Below are positions 12,149 through 24,059 of a stretch of DNA of 64,000 nucleotides, piece by piece. The first letter of the stretch is position 1, and the number at the start of each line of letters is the position of its first letter. Both the position numbers and the translations under genes were made by a program. This DNA is from Gekko japonicus (lineage: Eukaryota). The stretch spans positions 740,511 through 804,510 of the forward strand of contig NW_015167538.1 in NCBI RefSeq assembly GCF_001447785.1, written 5' to 3'. A model generated the notes under the pieces. The model saw nothing but the letters and a program-made list of their open reading frames with translations. It had not been told where the DNA came from and did no database searches.

Positions 12149-14271
12149 GGCTAGGCCGTTTGATGGTTGCCATGTACAGTTCTGTATACAGTACGGTTCT
12201 GGGGGGGATCTGGAATAGATTAGCCGGGGAGACTCATCTGTGACTCGCACCACCCAACAAGTTAGTTCTGTAGAGAGAACAGAGTCTTGGGATTCTCACG
12301 TAGATCTTGTGGATTACACAACTCCTTTCTTCAATTAATTTGCATTTCGTATTCAGTAGCATGGCTCTTTACTGTCATATTTAAAACTATTATAAAATGT
12401 ACGCTGTCTATTAATATATTCCAGCCTCTTTGCTTCTGTCTTTTTTATTAACTGTAGTCTTCTCTTAATTGCTTTTGTTTTCAATCAAAAATCAGTGAAA
12501 GCATTTATTTCTGTAACCCTTTTTAGGCTGCCTTTCTCCACAAAAAGTGGACTTTAAAGCACTGTACATACGTAAGTGCCATCAAGTCGCAACTAACTTA
12601 CAGCAACCCCAGAAGGGCCTTTCCAGGCAAGTGAGAAGCAGAAGTGCTTTGCCCTGGCCTTCCTCTGCAGAGCCTTCCATCGTGGTCTCCCAGTCAAGCA
12701 CCGACCCTGCTGAGCTTCCAAGATCTGACAAGATCGGGTTCTATACCATACCGACTTCCCTCCTCAAAATACTTTACAAAACATAGAATACATGCTGGAA
12801 AAACAGAGACTCCTACCCTAGTTAAGAATAACATCAGCCAAATCTCTCTCTCGCAAGGGCAGTCTAAACAATAACACTGCAGAACTTGAACGCAAAGCCG
12901 AGCAGAAGAGGATGCCCTCCTTTTCTGAAAGTACCTCCTTGCAAATCATACAGAGTTGAGTCTAGGATGAGACCATTCTTACCTCCAGAGCTACCTAGTT
13001 CCCAAGCACTAGGGCACCCACGGTAAAAGCCCTGGAGCATTTTTTGCTATGGGAAGGGATGGAAAAGAGAGACTGCCTCAGTCAGAGGAGCTGGCATGTA
13101 GGGAGGGATGGTCCTTCACTTTTGTTGGTCCTAGGCCATGAAGGGCTTTCAAAGACAGCTAGCATACTGTAGACGGAGTGTCAGACTAAGATCCGGGAGA
13201 CCCAGGTTCGAATCCTCATTCTACCATGGAAACTTGCTGGGTGATCTAGGGCCAGTCACTCTCTTTCATCCTAAGCTACCCCACTGGGTGGTTGTGAGGA
13301 TAAAATGGACGACAGGAGAACTATGCAAACCACTTTGGATCCCCACTGGAGAGAATGGCGGGGTAGATTGGCTGCCGATATGTTTCTAGGCTCTGCTTTC
13401 AAAACTGTGTAATAAAACTGATATAACCGAGGAAAAGTTCTGAACCAACTTGAGTTTCTAGGCTTTCACGGCAGCTCTGTGCAAAGCTGTTGAAGTCATC
13501 TAGCCTTGAGGTTAGAGTGGTGTGGAAGGGAGCCTATCTGCATACCTGGAGGCACTGACAGAAAGCATTTCTAGCAATAAGACCCAGTCTGCCAATCCAT
13601 CAGCAGTGCTCCCCCAAGCTTTCTGCATATTCTGCCAACGACAGCATTACTTCCTCCAAAGTTAGCAACTCATCTGCTTCCCAGCCAGTAAGTTTTCCAA
13701 CCAGCTCCACTATTTTGCATGGCTTCAGCTTGTTTCTCCCCTTTGCCAGCAGACAATGGCAGAGAGGCAAACCCCAGGGCAGAGAGAGCTACTTCTGGAG
13801 TCCTAGTTAATGAAAGACAGATCTGGTTATCATCAGCATATTGATGACATCAAACCCAAAAGCTACAATCTCATTTAGTGGTTTAACATAGATATTAAAC
13901 AAGGCAGGTGAGAAGGCTGAACCCCCAGGGCACACCACATGTCAGTTACCAGGATGCTGCTTTGGAAATCTGCAAACCTTTGAGTCTAATGGGACAGAAA
14001 TGACCAAAAACATGGGAACCCCACTCCCCTCTTCTTTCCTTCTCCAAACCATTTAGCATAACAACGTGGTCCGCATTGACAAAAGCAGATGGCAGTCTTA
14101 ACAGAACCAGCAGAAAGGCATTGCCACTATCCCACTGAGACTGTCAACCAGGGCAACAAAGGGCCAATCTATGTGATATGTCTGACATGTATCAGGTCAT
14201 GGGTGTGCAATGGAACCTCTAGTCAAACATGCATTGGAGGAAATCACCTTAAAAAGAGCTTGCTCACTCAG

Positions 14272-14485
14272 GGGAAGGATTGTAGCTCAGTGGCAGAACC
14301 TCTACTTTGCATGCAGAAGGTCCTGGGTTCAATTCCTGGCATCTCCAGTTAAAAGGACCAGGCAGCAGGCGATGTGAAAGACCTTTGCCTGAGTCCCTAG
14401 AGAGCTGCTGCCAATCTGAGCAGACAATACTGACATTAATAGACCAATGGTCTGATTCAGTATATGGCAGCTTCATGCATTCATG
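14272..14485 (+). mobile_element. tRNA-derived SINE with CR1-like tail
   Basis: gtagctcagtgg (A box) and ggttcaattcc (B box); related copies at ~19765-19985 (+), 24745-24950 (-), 27220-27410 (-), 41650-41857 (+). Confidence 0.75.
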
Positions 14486-15165
14486 TGTCCTGCAAGGGGG
14501 GAGAAGGAGCTTCCAGTTTCCCTCCCACTCCACTTTTGCCAGTGGAAAGCACAGCGGAGGGGCTTTTTACACCTTCTTTCTGGCTCCACATGCAGCCCTT
14601 TCCACTGGCAAAAGTGGAGTGGGAGAGAAATCAGATGTTCTTCCCCCTCCCAGCATTCCCTCAAAGTGCTGAGTGAACAAGCACTTTTTAATGCAAGGTC
14701 CCCCCATATATATCTTAACTGGAAGTCTGGTCTCACACCTGTGACTTGATGTGTGTCAGGCATGTTGTGAAGCTACATTCTCATGCTTTGTCCATCCCAA
14801 AGATGGGCCAGAAGTCAAGTTGAAATGGATCAAAGACAGAGACATCATCCAGAAAACTTGGGACAGTTCTGCTACCACCTGCTCAAAACGTTCCTGCTAA
14901 AATGACAAAATTTGATATTGAACAAGTTGTACAGCCATATTAGTCCGCACAGAATCCAAAAACAAGAATGAGATTGGTCAATTGCCTTTATTATTAGGAC
15001 CAGCCAAATGGATGCAAAACATTGTGCAAGCTTTCAGGCTCACCAGAACTCTTCATCAGTCTGGATGTTATAAAATTTAAAATAGCAGAAGGGTGGAAAG
15101 CACAATGATAGACCTTACCATCATGGCCTGACAATTCTCCAGATCTTCTTTTTAATATGAAAGAC

Positions 15166-15505
15166 CAGGGGTCGTTTCATAGAAAAAGAACTAGGGGAAC
15201 TCATTAGCATAACTCATTAGCATATGCCACACCCCCTGACATCAGGGGCCCGGCGGTGGACCTGCAAGGCCGGCGGGAGTGCTAGGAAGCCCCGTGAAGG
15301 CCCTCCCTGGCCCCAGGCAGGCAGGGGTGGGGAGAGGCGGGGAGGAAGCAACTTACCCTCCCTCTTCTCCTGCCTCCTCCTGGCAGAATGAGGACCGGAA
15401 GCGGGGTGGCTGGAAGCAGGGGGCGGGGCTTCATCGTGTGCCCGCCCCACGCATCTCACCCGGGGGAACTGTGTTCCCCCGCGATACCCCCCGAAATGAC
15501 CTCTG
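15166..15505. mobile_element. hAT-type MITE, family A
   Basis: TIR caggggtcgtttc / gaaatgacctctg; perfect 8-bp TSD tgaaagac; highly similar to 61087-61426. Confidence 0.92.
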
Positions 15506-16176
15506 TGAAAGACTTTCTTATCATAACTCTACCAACAGCCTTCTTTAAAAGCCCAGGGAAATTTACTTACGTTAGGAACTCATTTACTATCTTACCAAGG
15601 GGGGACCCTAAGACAGGTGGGGCAAGTGGTGGCCTTTGCAACGCCAAGTACTCTGCCAACATCTGCCAGGAGGATCCATCCGAGTCTATCTATAAAAACC
15701 TGATTAGCCAGTGCTCCCAACATTGCTTCTGAAATGTGCAGCCAAACTGGAGTCTACTTCAAATTGCATCTGATTTTATTTGCAAAGAATCTTCCGAAAA
15801 AAATCACAGTTTACAAATAAATCCCTATTCACATCTGACTCCATACTGAGAATCTATCAACACGCTATCCTAAATAACTTTGCTGGATGAGATTCAGCAG
15901 ACACAATGGTAGCAAAGAAACTATCACCACCACCTCACGAGTTTTCAAATGACCTCTGTGTCATCTGATTCAGCATGAGTCTGCGGCCAGCAAGGCTTCC
16001 AACCCTCTTTATTTCCCTCCGCTCCTAAATAAAGCAAGGTTCCGTTTGAGAAACAAAAATAAGCACCAAAATGTTTTGAAGATTGCTGCCAACTCCATAC
16101 CCACATTCCAGAAGCGGTCACCAATAAGGAGCCCAACCCAGGAGTAGAAACAAGAGCCACTGGGGGAAGGGCTTAC

Positions 16177-16497
16177 CTCATCCGAGTCATAGGGGTCAAG
16201 CCTGCCCCAGGGGCTTCTGGGTCGAGAAGGGCTCGCCGGGGTCGGGGCAGCCATGTGCTGCTGTTGCAAGTCGAGGGGCTGCGGGCGATGGAAGGCCCTC
16301 TGCTCTTTTTCAACCATGGTGTCATCAGGGATGGTCCTGACCATGCTGGAAAACATCTTGGGCTCCGTATGGCCCAGACCTTCAGCCTTCTGGATCCCTT
16401 CCGATGGCACAAAGCGGAAGTACTCCTTGGAAGGGTAATCCTTGAGGAAGTGAACCAACTCAGCCTCTTCTGAGTCGTCCTTCAGAAAACGCTTTAT
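16177..16497 (-). CDS. SEPTIN4: Septin-4 N-terminal proline-rich exon (IKRFLKDDSEEAELVHFLKD...PRSPWGRLDPYDSDE)
   Basis: Start and end match SEPT4-specific IKRFLED..ELSKFVKD and RPRSPWGKLDPYDSSE, which distinguishes it from SEPT1/2/5; cag|...|gtaagc; 321 nt, phase 0-0. Confidence 0.93.
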
Positions 16498-16811
16498 CTG
16501 AGAAGGGAAAAGGTAATGACAGAGAGCAGGGTGAAGAGAAGAAGGACAGAAAAGAAACGGGATGCTATTAAACCAGTCTTCCTGCCAACAGCCTACTGAT
16601 TTTGGTTCAGTCCAAGTTGGTTCAGTCCAAGGCTGCCAACAGGCCTGGAGAGAGTCCTGTCCCTTCAATGAAGGTTTCATGTATAAAAACAGGCAGCTGA
16701 AACTTTTCATGGCCTGGAGGCAAATAATATCCATAAAGGGGTTTTTTTTTCCACGGCAACCCTACTTTCTACATGTTTTGAAGCCCTCAAAGTTGATTTG
16801 TATCACCACAT

Positions 16812-17127
16812 TCATAAGAATATAAGAGAAGCCATGCTGGATCAGGCCAATGGCTCATCCAATCCAACACCCTGTCACACAGTGGCCAGTATCCAGAGGT
16901 TCTCCAGTGGGGTCAGAACTCCAAAAGCCCTCCCACTGCTGCTCTGCAAGCACCAAGAATGCAAAGCATCACTGCCCCATCTACATCTTGGCTAATACCC
17001 ACAGATGGACCTCTGCTCCGTATGTTTATCTAATGCCCTCTTGAAGATGTCTATGATTGTAGCTGCCACCACTTTTTGCGGCAGCGAATTCCACATGTTA
17101 ATTACTCTTTGGGAGAAGAACTACTTC
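16812..17127 (-). mobile_element. CR1 LINE 3' end
   Basis: Reverse complement of the CR1 3' end seen at 21270-21598. Confidence 0.85.
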
Positions 17128-18395
17128 AGTGCTGCTGGAGAGAGAGGCGAGACTGACACTGTTGAGGGACCTTTCTTGTTAAGCTTTTTCCCATGATAAC
17201 TGTTACAAATGCTCCAATCCAAGCTTTGCTGTTAATTTATTGATTTATAAGATACGAGTATGCTCCAGTGGCAGTCCGAGACTCTGTATCCCTTGGTTAT
17301 GGATATTTATTTAGATATTTATACCCTGCTTATTTCCTTGATAAGGCTTACAGCAGCATTCACTATTCCTCCATTTTATTCTCACAACAACGACTTAGTG
17401 AGGTAATGAGGATTCAAAGTTATGTTTCCCACATCCTCATCTGATACTCCAACCATGACCCCATGCTGGCTTTGTGTTCTCAAGTGACCTTGGTGGGTTG
17501 GCTTCCCCCCTACCTCACCCACACACAGCACACACACAAAGCCACTGTCATGATTGTTTTGATCTAAATTTTAAACTGAAAAAGTACAGAAGTTATAAAG
17601 ACAAATCAATGGCTAATATCACTGCTCCTAAAGTAAGCTGTTTACGGGACATCTTGCTTTGATTGCACAAGATTTTGGCCTAAAAGATCGAACAAGGTCA
17701 AAATGGAATTCAAAATTAAACAGTCTAACAGAAAAATGTTCCTCGTTTCACTGCTGGCTAATTACAGTGGCTGTTAAAACATACTATAATTTGAGGGTCT
17801 TTTTTAGTTCCTTCTTCTTAATCAGAACTCAATGTTTTGGTAGTGCTTTCAATAGATCCCTGCCCTCCCCATAAGGCAGGTTACTCACATGCAGTCACAA
17901 TCTTTATTGACAGGGCTGAAACAACATCAGCTTTGCCCACTTAAGAGAGCAATCCTAAATAGATCTACTCAGACTGGGAGCTTTCACACAAACTAAATAA
18001 CATACTTTCAATCCACTTTCAATGCACTGGATTTTGCTTTGTGAAATGGCAAAATCCACTTGCAAACAGTCACTGAAGTGGACAGAAACTGCATTATTTA
18101 GATTGTGTGAAAGGGCCGAGAATCTTACTCAGGCCTATTAAGTGTTCTTAGACTTCACTTTCAGTCAGCCTCCCATTTCAACCACACCTGAACCATCCTT
18201 CATTTGGTGCACAAATATCATGGACATTTGTCAGTTTTTTTGTGATGCTCAGTTGCATGCGCAACTCAAGAACTTTGGGAAGATAAAGGACAGCAGAAGG
18301 AAAGAGCACCCAGCCTTTAGTCTAGAGGAATGTGGGTTGGGGGCCACAAAGGAAAGTACAGATGAAGCCTCATCTTCATGTGCCAAAGTTCTTAC

Positions 18396-18548
18396 TGTGT
18401 ATTCCCTTGGGATTCTGGCATGCTCTTCCGTCTCCCCCGGGGGGCAGGGATTGACACCCTCTGTCTGGGCACCAGCTAAGGGTACCTCTGCAGCACAGGG
18501 CTGGGTCTCTGTGGAGTCTTCTGGGGCTGTCCCTTCTGCCTCTGTTGC
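18396..18548 (-). CDS. Candidate SEPT4 cassette exon (ATEAEGTAPEDSTETQPCAAEVPLAGAQTEGVNPCPPGETEEHARIPREYT)
   Basis: ttctggtctcag| acceptor, aca|gtaaga donor, 153 nt, phase 0-0, open, acidic and protein-like, unique sequence. Confidence 0.5.
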
Positions 18549-20789
18549 CTGAGACCAGAATGTGGAGCAGGCCAGGGTGTGTGATGGGGAGGAGAGAGAA
18601 GGAATTAGGAGGATGGAGCAGAAAGACAGAAACCAAAAGACAGAGATAAGGCAAAAGCACCAATAGCAATGGAAACATTCAGGAGCAGATGATAGTCACA
18701 AAGGCATGTACCAGAATCCATCTGGGACCATGAAAGTGCACCCACACAACTGTAAGACCACCTATCCCAACAAGCTGTGCTGTTGTAAGCAAAGGCTTCT
18801 GAAGGTGCCACCCTGCAAAGATGTAAGATCAGTTGCTGCCCAAACTGAAGCACCCGCACTGGTGTAGCTCCCACCTGGGGGAATGGCCTGTCTGATGAGG
18901 TCAGGAAAGCTGCTGTCATTCCAAAGAAAACAGAACAGTTCAGGAGCATATTTTTTATAAACAGATGGGTGTGATTCTAAAAATTCTGGTTCAGTTCGGG
19001 GCAGTTCCCGAACCACACCCCAAACTGAATGGAGTCAAAAATGCCCTGAACTGAACTGGCCAGTTTGGATTCCCCTTTCTCCTGGCTGCAGCAAGCCATG
19101 GCCAGGAAAAGGGGGGGAGGATTGCCTGAGAAGGGTTAAATAGCTGGCAGCTCATCAGTTTCGCTTCCCCTGCTTCAAAGCAGAGGGGAGCAAAACTCAC
19201 AGATTTAATGGCTCACAGCCATTTAAACCTAACAGCTGATGGAAGGACCCACCCCACCGTTATGTTTAACAGGTGAGCTGCAGACCCACCCTGCCCCAGC
19301 TGTTAGGTTTAAATGGCTTGAACATTTGAATCAAACCAGACAAAAGTCTGGTAAATGTTCGAGGAAGGCGCCTTCTCCGAACATCGATTCAGGGCTCCAA
19401 ACTGGGCCAAGTTCATGCTGAAGTTTTGGTTTGCGAACCGGTTTGTGCCCATCCCTAGAAGGAACTGCTTTTCTAGTTTCTTCACTGCATATATTACACT
19501 GTTTGTATTGTATTTTGCTCTAATTTTGTAATCCAGTTTTGTTTCGTTGTTTGTTGTGTTCGTTATACTACTCTATTGTTATGCAACTCTATTATTTTGA
19601 GTGTGTGCATCTCTCATTTTGTAATCCAGTTTGGTAGCACCATAGGTTGTATTCGTATACTGCTGTTATCGCATTGTTTTCAGTTGTGTAATTTGCCTTG
19701 AGTTTCAGCAAGAAAGGCAGATGACAAATGAAGTACATAAGTAAGCAAGTCAGTGGCAGGAAATGGGCCATGGCTCAGGGGAAGGGCTCCTGCTTTGCAA
19801 GAAGATGCCGCTGGGTTCAGTCCCTGGCAGTACATCCAGCTAAAGGATCTCGGGTAGCCAGTGTTCAGAAAATGCCCTCTGCCTGAGAAGATCCCAGGAA
19901 GCCAGTGCCACTAGGGGCAGACAATACCAAGCATGACGAACCAATGGCCCGATTCAGTATAAGGCAAATGCATCAGTTCATAAGAGCACGTTTTTTCATC
20001 TGCACATGCAGTTTCCCATCAATTCATATGTTCCTCCCAGGCCCCAAATCTGAATACATGGTCTAGCATGAAAATATGGGACCTTTTTTTCCTTTTTCTT
20101 TTTTGCATTCTGCAGTTGGGCGCTGCTCTTGTTTCGATGCTGGCTTATGGGAGAGTGGCAGCTGTGACTGCCAGACAGGGCAGGGCCAAAATGGGGTCAT
20201 GGAGGCTCCCCTCCCCCAGCCACTGTGCACCATCTGCAGCAAGGCTTTGCTTTTCCATCCTAATCAATACGGCTCGTTATGTTTGTGTAATTGGCGCATC
20301 CCACATCCATGCGCTTTGCCACTTTTCGCAACTCCGACCTTGAAGAGGTCACTGAGCAGTTAACAGCTTTAGCAAGTCAAACGTCCCACAGATCCCAAAG
20401 TTCACTCCTCTGCTGTGGGCATGGCTTAGCTGGCCCTCTGCGATAACATCAAGCTCCTCGTCCTCTTTTTCAGAGTCTATCTCCCTGGCCTGCCCCTGGC
20501 CTGCCCCTCCTCCTGCCCTGCTTTCCTATTTCGCCCCTTGTGAAAAGCCGAGTTGCTAACTCTTGCCAGATACTTTCCCTATGGATACAACCTCCACATT
20601 CAGAGACAGCAGAGCTCTGAAATCCAGCCTCACCCAATGGAGAGAATTACCAGTCAGCTGAAAGGAAGTCAGGTCTGGTGGTGGAAAATGCCGTCAAGTC
20701 GCAGCCAAGTTTCCTTGGTGGTCTCCCATCCAAGTGCTAACCATAGCCAACCCTGCTTAGCTTCCAGGATCTGAACTGGCAGAGACTGA

Positions 20790-21598
20790 TCAAGAGAGAG
20801 ATCTTGGAGTTGTAGTAGATAACTCACTGAAAATGTTGAGACAGTGTGTGACTGCAATAAAAAAGGCCAATGCTATGCTGGGGATTATTAGGAAGGGTAT
20901 TGAAAACAGATCAGCCAATATCATAATGCCCCTATATAAATCAATGGTGCGACCTCATTTGGAATACTGTGTGCAGTTCTGGTCACCACACCTTAAAAAG
21001 GATATTATAGCTTTGGAAAAAGTGCAGAAAAGGGCAACTCGAATTATAAAAGGGTTGGAACACTTTCCCTATGAGGAAAGGTTAAAGCGCTTAGGGCTCT
21101 TTAGCTTGGACAAACGACGACTGAGAGATGACACGATTGAGGTTTATAAGATTATGCATGGGATAGAGCAGGTAGAGAAAGAGGTACTTTTCTCTCTTTC
21201 TCACAATACAAGAACTCGTGGGCACTCAATGAAATTGCTGAGTGGTCGGGTTAGAATGGATAAAAGGAAGTACTTCTTCACCCAAAGAGTGATTAACACA
21301 TGGAATTCACAACAGGAAGTGGCGGCGGCTACAAGCATGGACGGCTTCAAAAGGGAATTAGATAAGCATATGGAGCAGAGGTCCATCAGTGGCTATTAGG
21401 GGCTCTGGGGCAAGCGATGCTCTGTCTTCTTGGTGCTTGGGGGGGTCAACAGTGGGAGGGCTTCTAATGTCCTGGCCCCACTGTTGGATCTCCTGATGGC
21501 ACTGGTATTTCTGGCCACTGTGTGACACAGAGTGATGGGCTGGATGGGCCTTTGGCCTGATCCAACATTGGCATGTCTTATGTTCTTATGTTCTTATG
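20790..21598 (+). mobile_element. CR1 LINE 3' fragment (ORF2 C-terminus open)
   Basis: ORF 20833-21399 KKANAMLGII...LYKSMVRPHLEYCVQFWSP...TRGHSMKL; (ttcttatg)n tail. Confidence 0.95.
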
Positions 21599-22142
21599 AT
21601 CTGATGAGACTGGGCTGGCCTGAACCATTCAGGTCAAGTCCACTATGTTTATTTTCAATTATAGTTAAATGGAACATCCAAGTTCAGAGGCAGTATACCA
21701 CAGGGGCAAGCAACAGGGAAGGTTGATGCTTCTGAATGTCTCCCTGGGCATCTGACTGGCCACTGGTGGAGACAGAGCACTGGGTTACACAGCCCAAAAA
21801 TGTTCTGTGCCAATCAGTCTGCTTCTATGATTTTCCCCCACCAGCTGCACCTTCCACTTTGAGCACCAGGAGCAAGAGATGGGCAAGAGACAGAACCAGA
21901 AAGGCATTGGAGCAAGACGTTCTCTCGAATTCGGCACTTGGGACACTGCTGTATGTTACCCCACTGCTCTCTGATGCTGCAGTGCTGTTGCAACTCACAC
22001 ACTGATTGCTATGACTCTTGTTCTCAGGAGGGATCAGCCCATCTCTAATCCTCTCTGGACTAATCTTGTTAGCCTGCGGGTTGAACAAATGGCCATTTGC
22101 ACAGCCATTCCAGGCCATGTTCCAGTCCCTATGACAGAGTTA

Positions 22143-22273
22143 NNNNNNNNNNNNNNNNNNNNNNNNNNNNNNNNNNNNNNNNNNNNNNNNNNNNNNNNNN
22201 NNNNNNNNNNNNNNNNNNNNNNNNNNNNNNNNNNNNNNNNNNNNNNNNNNNNNNNNNNNNNNNNNNNNNNNNN
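22143..22273. other. Assembly gap (131 N)
   Basis: Run of N. Confidence 1.
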
Positions 22274-22886
22274 AAAGTGTTTGATCACCTATGATTATTC
22301 ACAATTCCTGTAGCATTTACTGGTTGTGCAAAGCATTTGTTCCCAATATCTGTCTCTTCCTCCTCGCTGGCCTTCCCTCCTGCCTCATCTCTGCTTTCTG
22401 GGAATTCAGATAATTCCTCCACAATTGCCAACCTCCAGGTGGTGGCTACAGATCTCCTGCTATTACAACTGATCTCCAGGCGACAGAGATCAGTTTACCT
22501 GGAGAAAACAGCTGTGTTTGGGAGGTAGACTCTATGGCATTATACCCCATTGAAGTCCCTCCCCCAACCTCAGACTCCGCCCCCAGAATCTCCAGGTATT
22601 TCCCAACCCAGAGCTGGCAACCCTAAACTCCTCTGCCTCTCTGAAGGCGACCGTGTTTACCCTTTTTATTTTGTGGGCTCTCTACCGTGCTTCTAGTCTG
22701 TGTTATAAATTCTCCATCACTTTGCAGCAGACTATTTCGACTTCGCAGCAGACTATTTCCCCTCCCGTGTCCCAAGCTGCCCTTTCCCATCCTGTACATC
22801 ATATGGGCAGTAAACCACAAATGGCCACCCCTTTTGCGTTAAAAAAAAAAGGAAGCAACCTTGATTCTCTAATTATACATGTGCTT

Positions 22887-23705
22887 GGGTGCGATCACGC
22901 GCACAATTAGCCGCGCCATAGGCACAAATGCTGGGCGGATTTAAAGGGCGCGATCAGACACAAACATCTGGGAAGTGCCCTGCACCCGTCAGCAACCCGT
23001 TTTGCTCCGCCCCAGAAGTGGAGTAAAAAGACACCGGGAATAGTCCGGTAGCAAACGGGTTGCTATGGGCCACGGACAGACTTTTCCCTCGATAAGCATA
23101 TGGAGCAGAGGTCCATCAGTGGCTATTAGCCACAAGGTATAGATAGGGACTCTGGGGCAAGTGATGCTCTGTCATCTTGGTGCTTGGGGGGGTCAACAGT
23201 GGGAGGGCTTCTAATGTCCTGGCCCCACTGGTGGACCTCCTGATGGCGCCACCTGGTATTTCTGGCCACTGTGTGACACAGAGTGTTGGACTAGATGGGC
23301 CTTTGGCCTGATCCAACATTGGCATCTCTTATGTTCTTATGTTCTTATGTTCCCTGTCTGATCACACCAGCGCGCTCTCATGGCATCGGGATGGTCTGAT
23401 CAGGCCATCCCAACTCCGTGCCATTGTTTCCCCCCCCCCCTTCTCAGTATGGACATCATCGCACACTCCATAGGGGGCCCTCAGTGCCGAGATGCGATTC
23501 ATCGATTCCCCGTTTAAGCGAATCGGAAACAAACAGCAAAAAAAACCAACAACCCTGACTCACCCACGGTTGGGTCTGATCACGCAGTGGCGGGCTGCCC
23601 CCGCAGCTTCAAAGGACTGTGTGATCACGCAACTGCGGGTCAAATTCCTCCAGAGGGAATAGCCTCACTTCCCCCCCGGTTTATCTTGTGCATGTGACTG
23701 CACCC
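22887..23705. mobile_element. Harbinger-like MITE interrupted by a CR1 3' end (~23090-23352)
   Basis: Imperfect TIR gggtgcgatcac / gtgactgcaccc with 3-bp TSD ctt; CpG-rich interior; CR1 tail with (ttcttatg)3 inside. Confidence 0.65.
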
Positions 23706-23989
23706 CTTGTGTCACTAACCACTACCAGTTTGGTGTAGTGGTTAAGTGTGTGGACTCTAATCTGGGAGAACCGGGTTTGATTCCCCTCTCCTCCACTTGC
23801 ACCTGCTGATGTGACCTTGGGTCAGTCACAAGCTCTGGCACAGCTGTCCTTGAAAAAGAGCAGTTTGTGTCAGAGCTCTCTCAGCCCCACCCACCTCACA
23901 GGGTGTCTGTTGTGGGGAGGGGGAGGGAAAGAAGTTTGTAAACCGCTCTGAGACACCTTTGGGTAGTGAAGGGCGGGGGATAAATCCAA

Positions 23990-24059
23990 TCTCTTCTTCT
24001 TCTTCTTCTTCTTCTTCTTCTTCTTCTTCTTCTTCTTCTTCTTCTTCTTCTTCTTCTTC
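23990..24059 (+). repeat. (TCT)n microsatellite, tail of a Squam3-like SINE
   Basis: More than 20 tandem TCT units; explains the poly-S and poly-K ORFs in the track. Confidence 0.98.

Noticed and set aside
20330-20540. Possible extra SEPT4 first exon with donor aag|gtcgga
   Set aside because: Weak donor, in-frame stop shortly upstream, no usable ATG.
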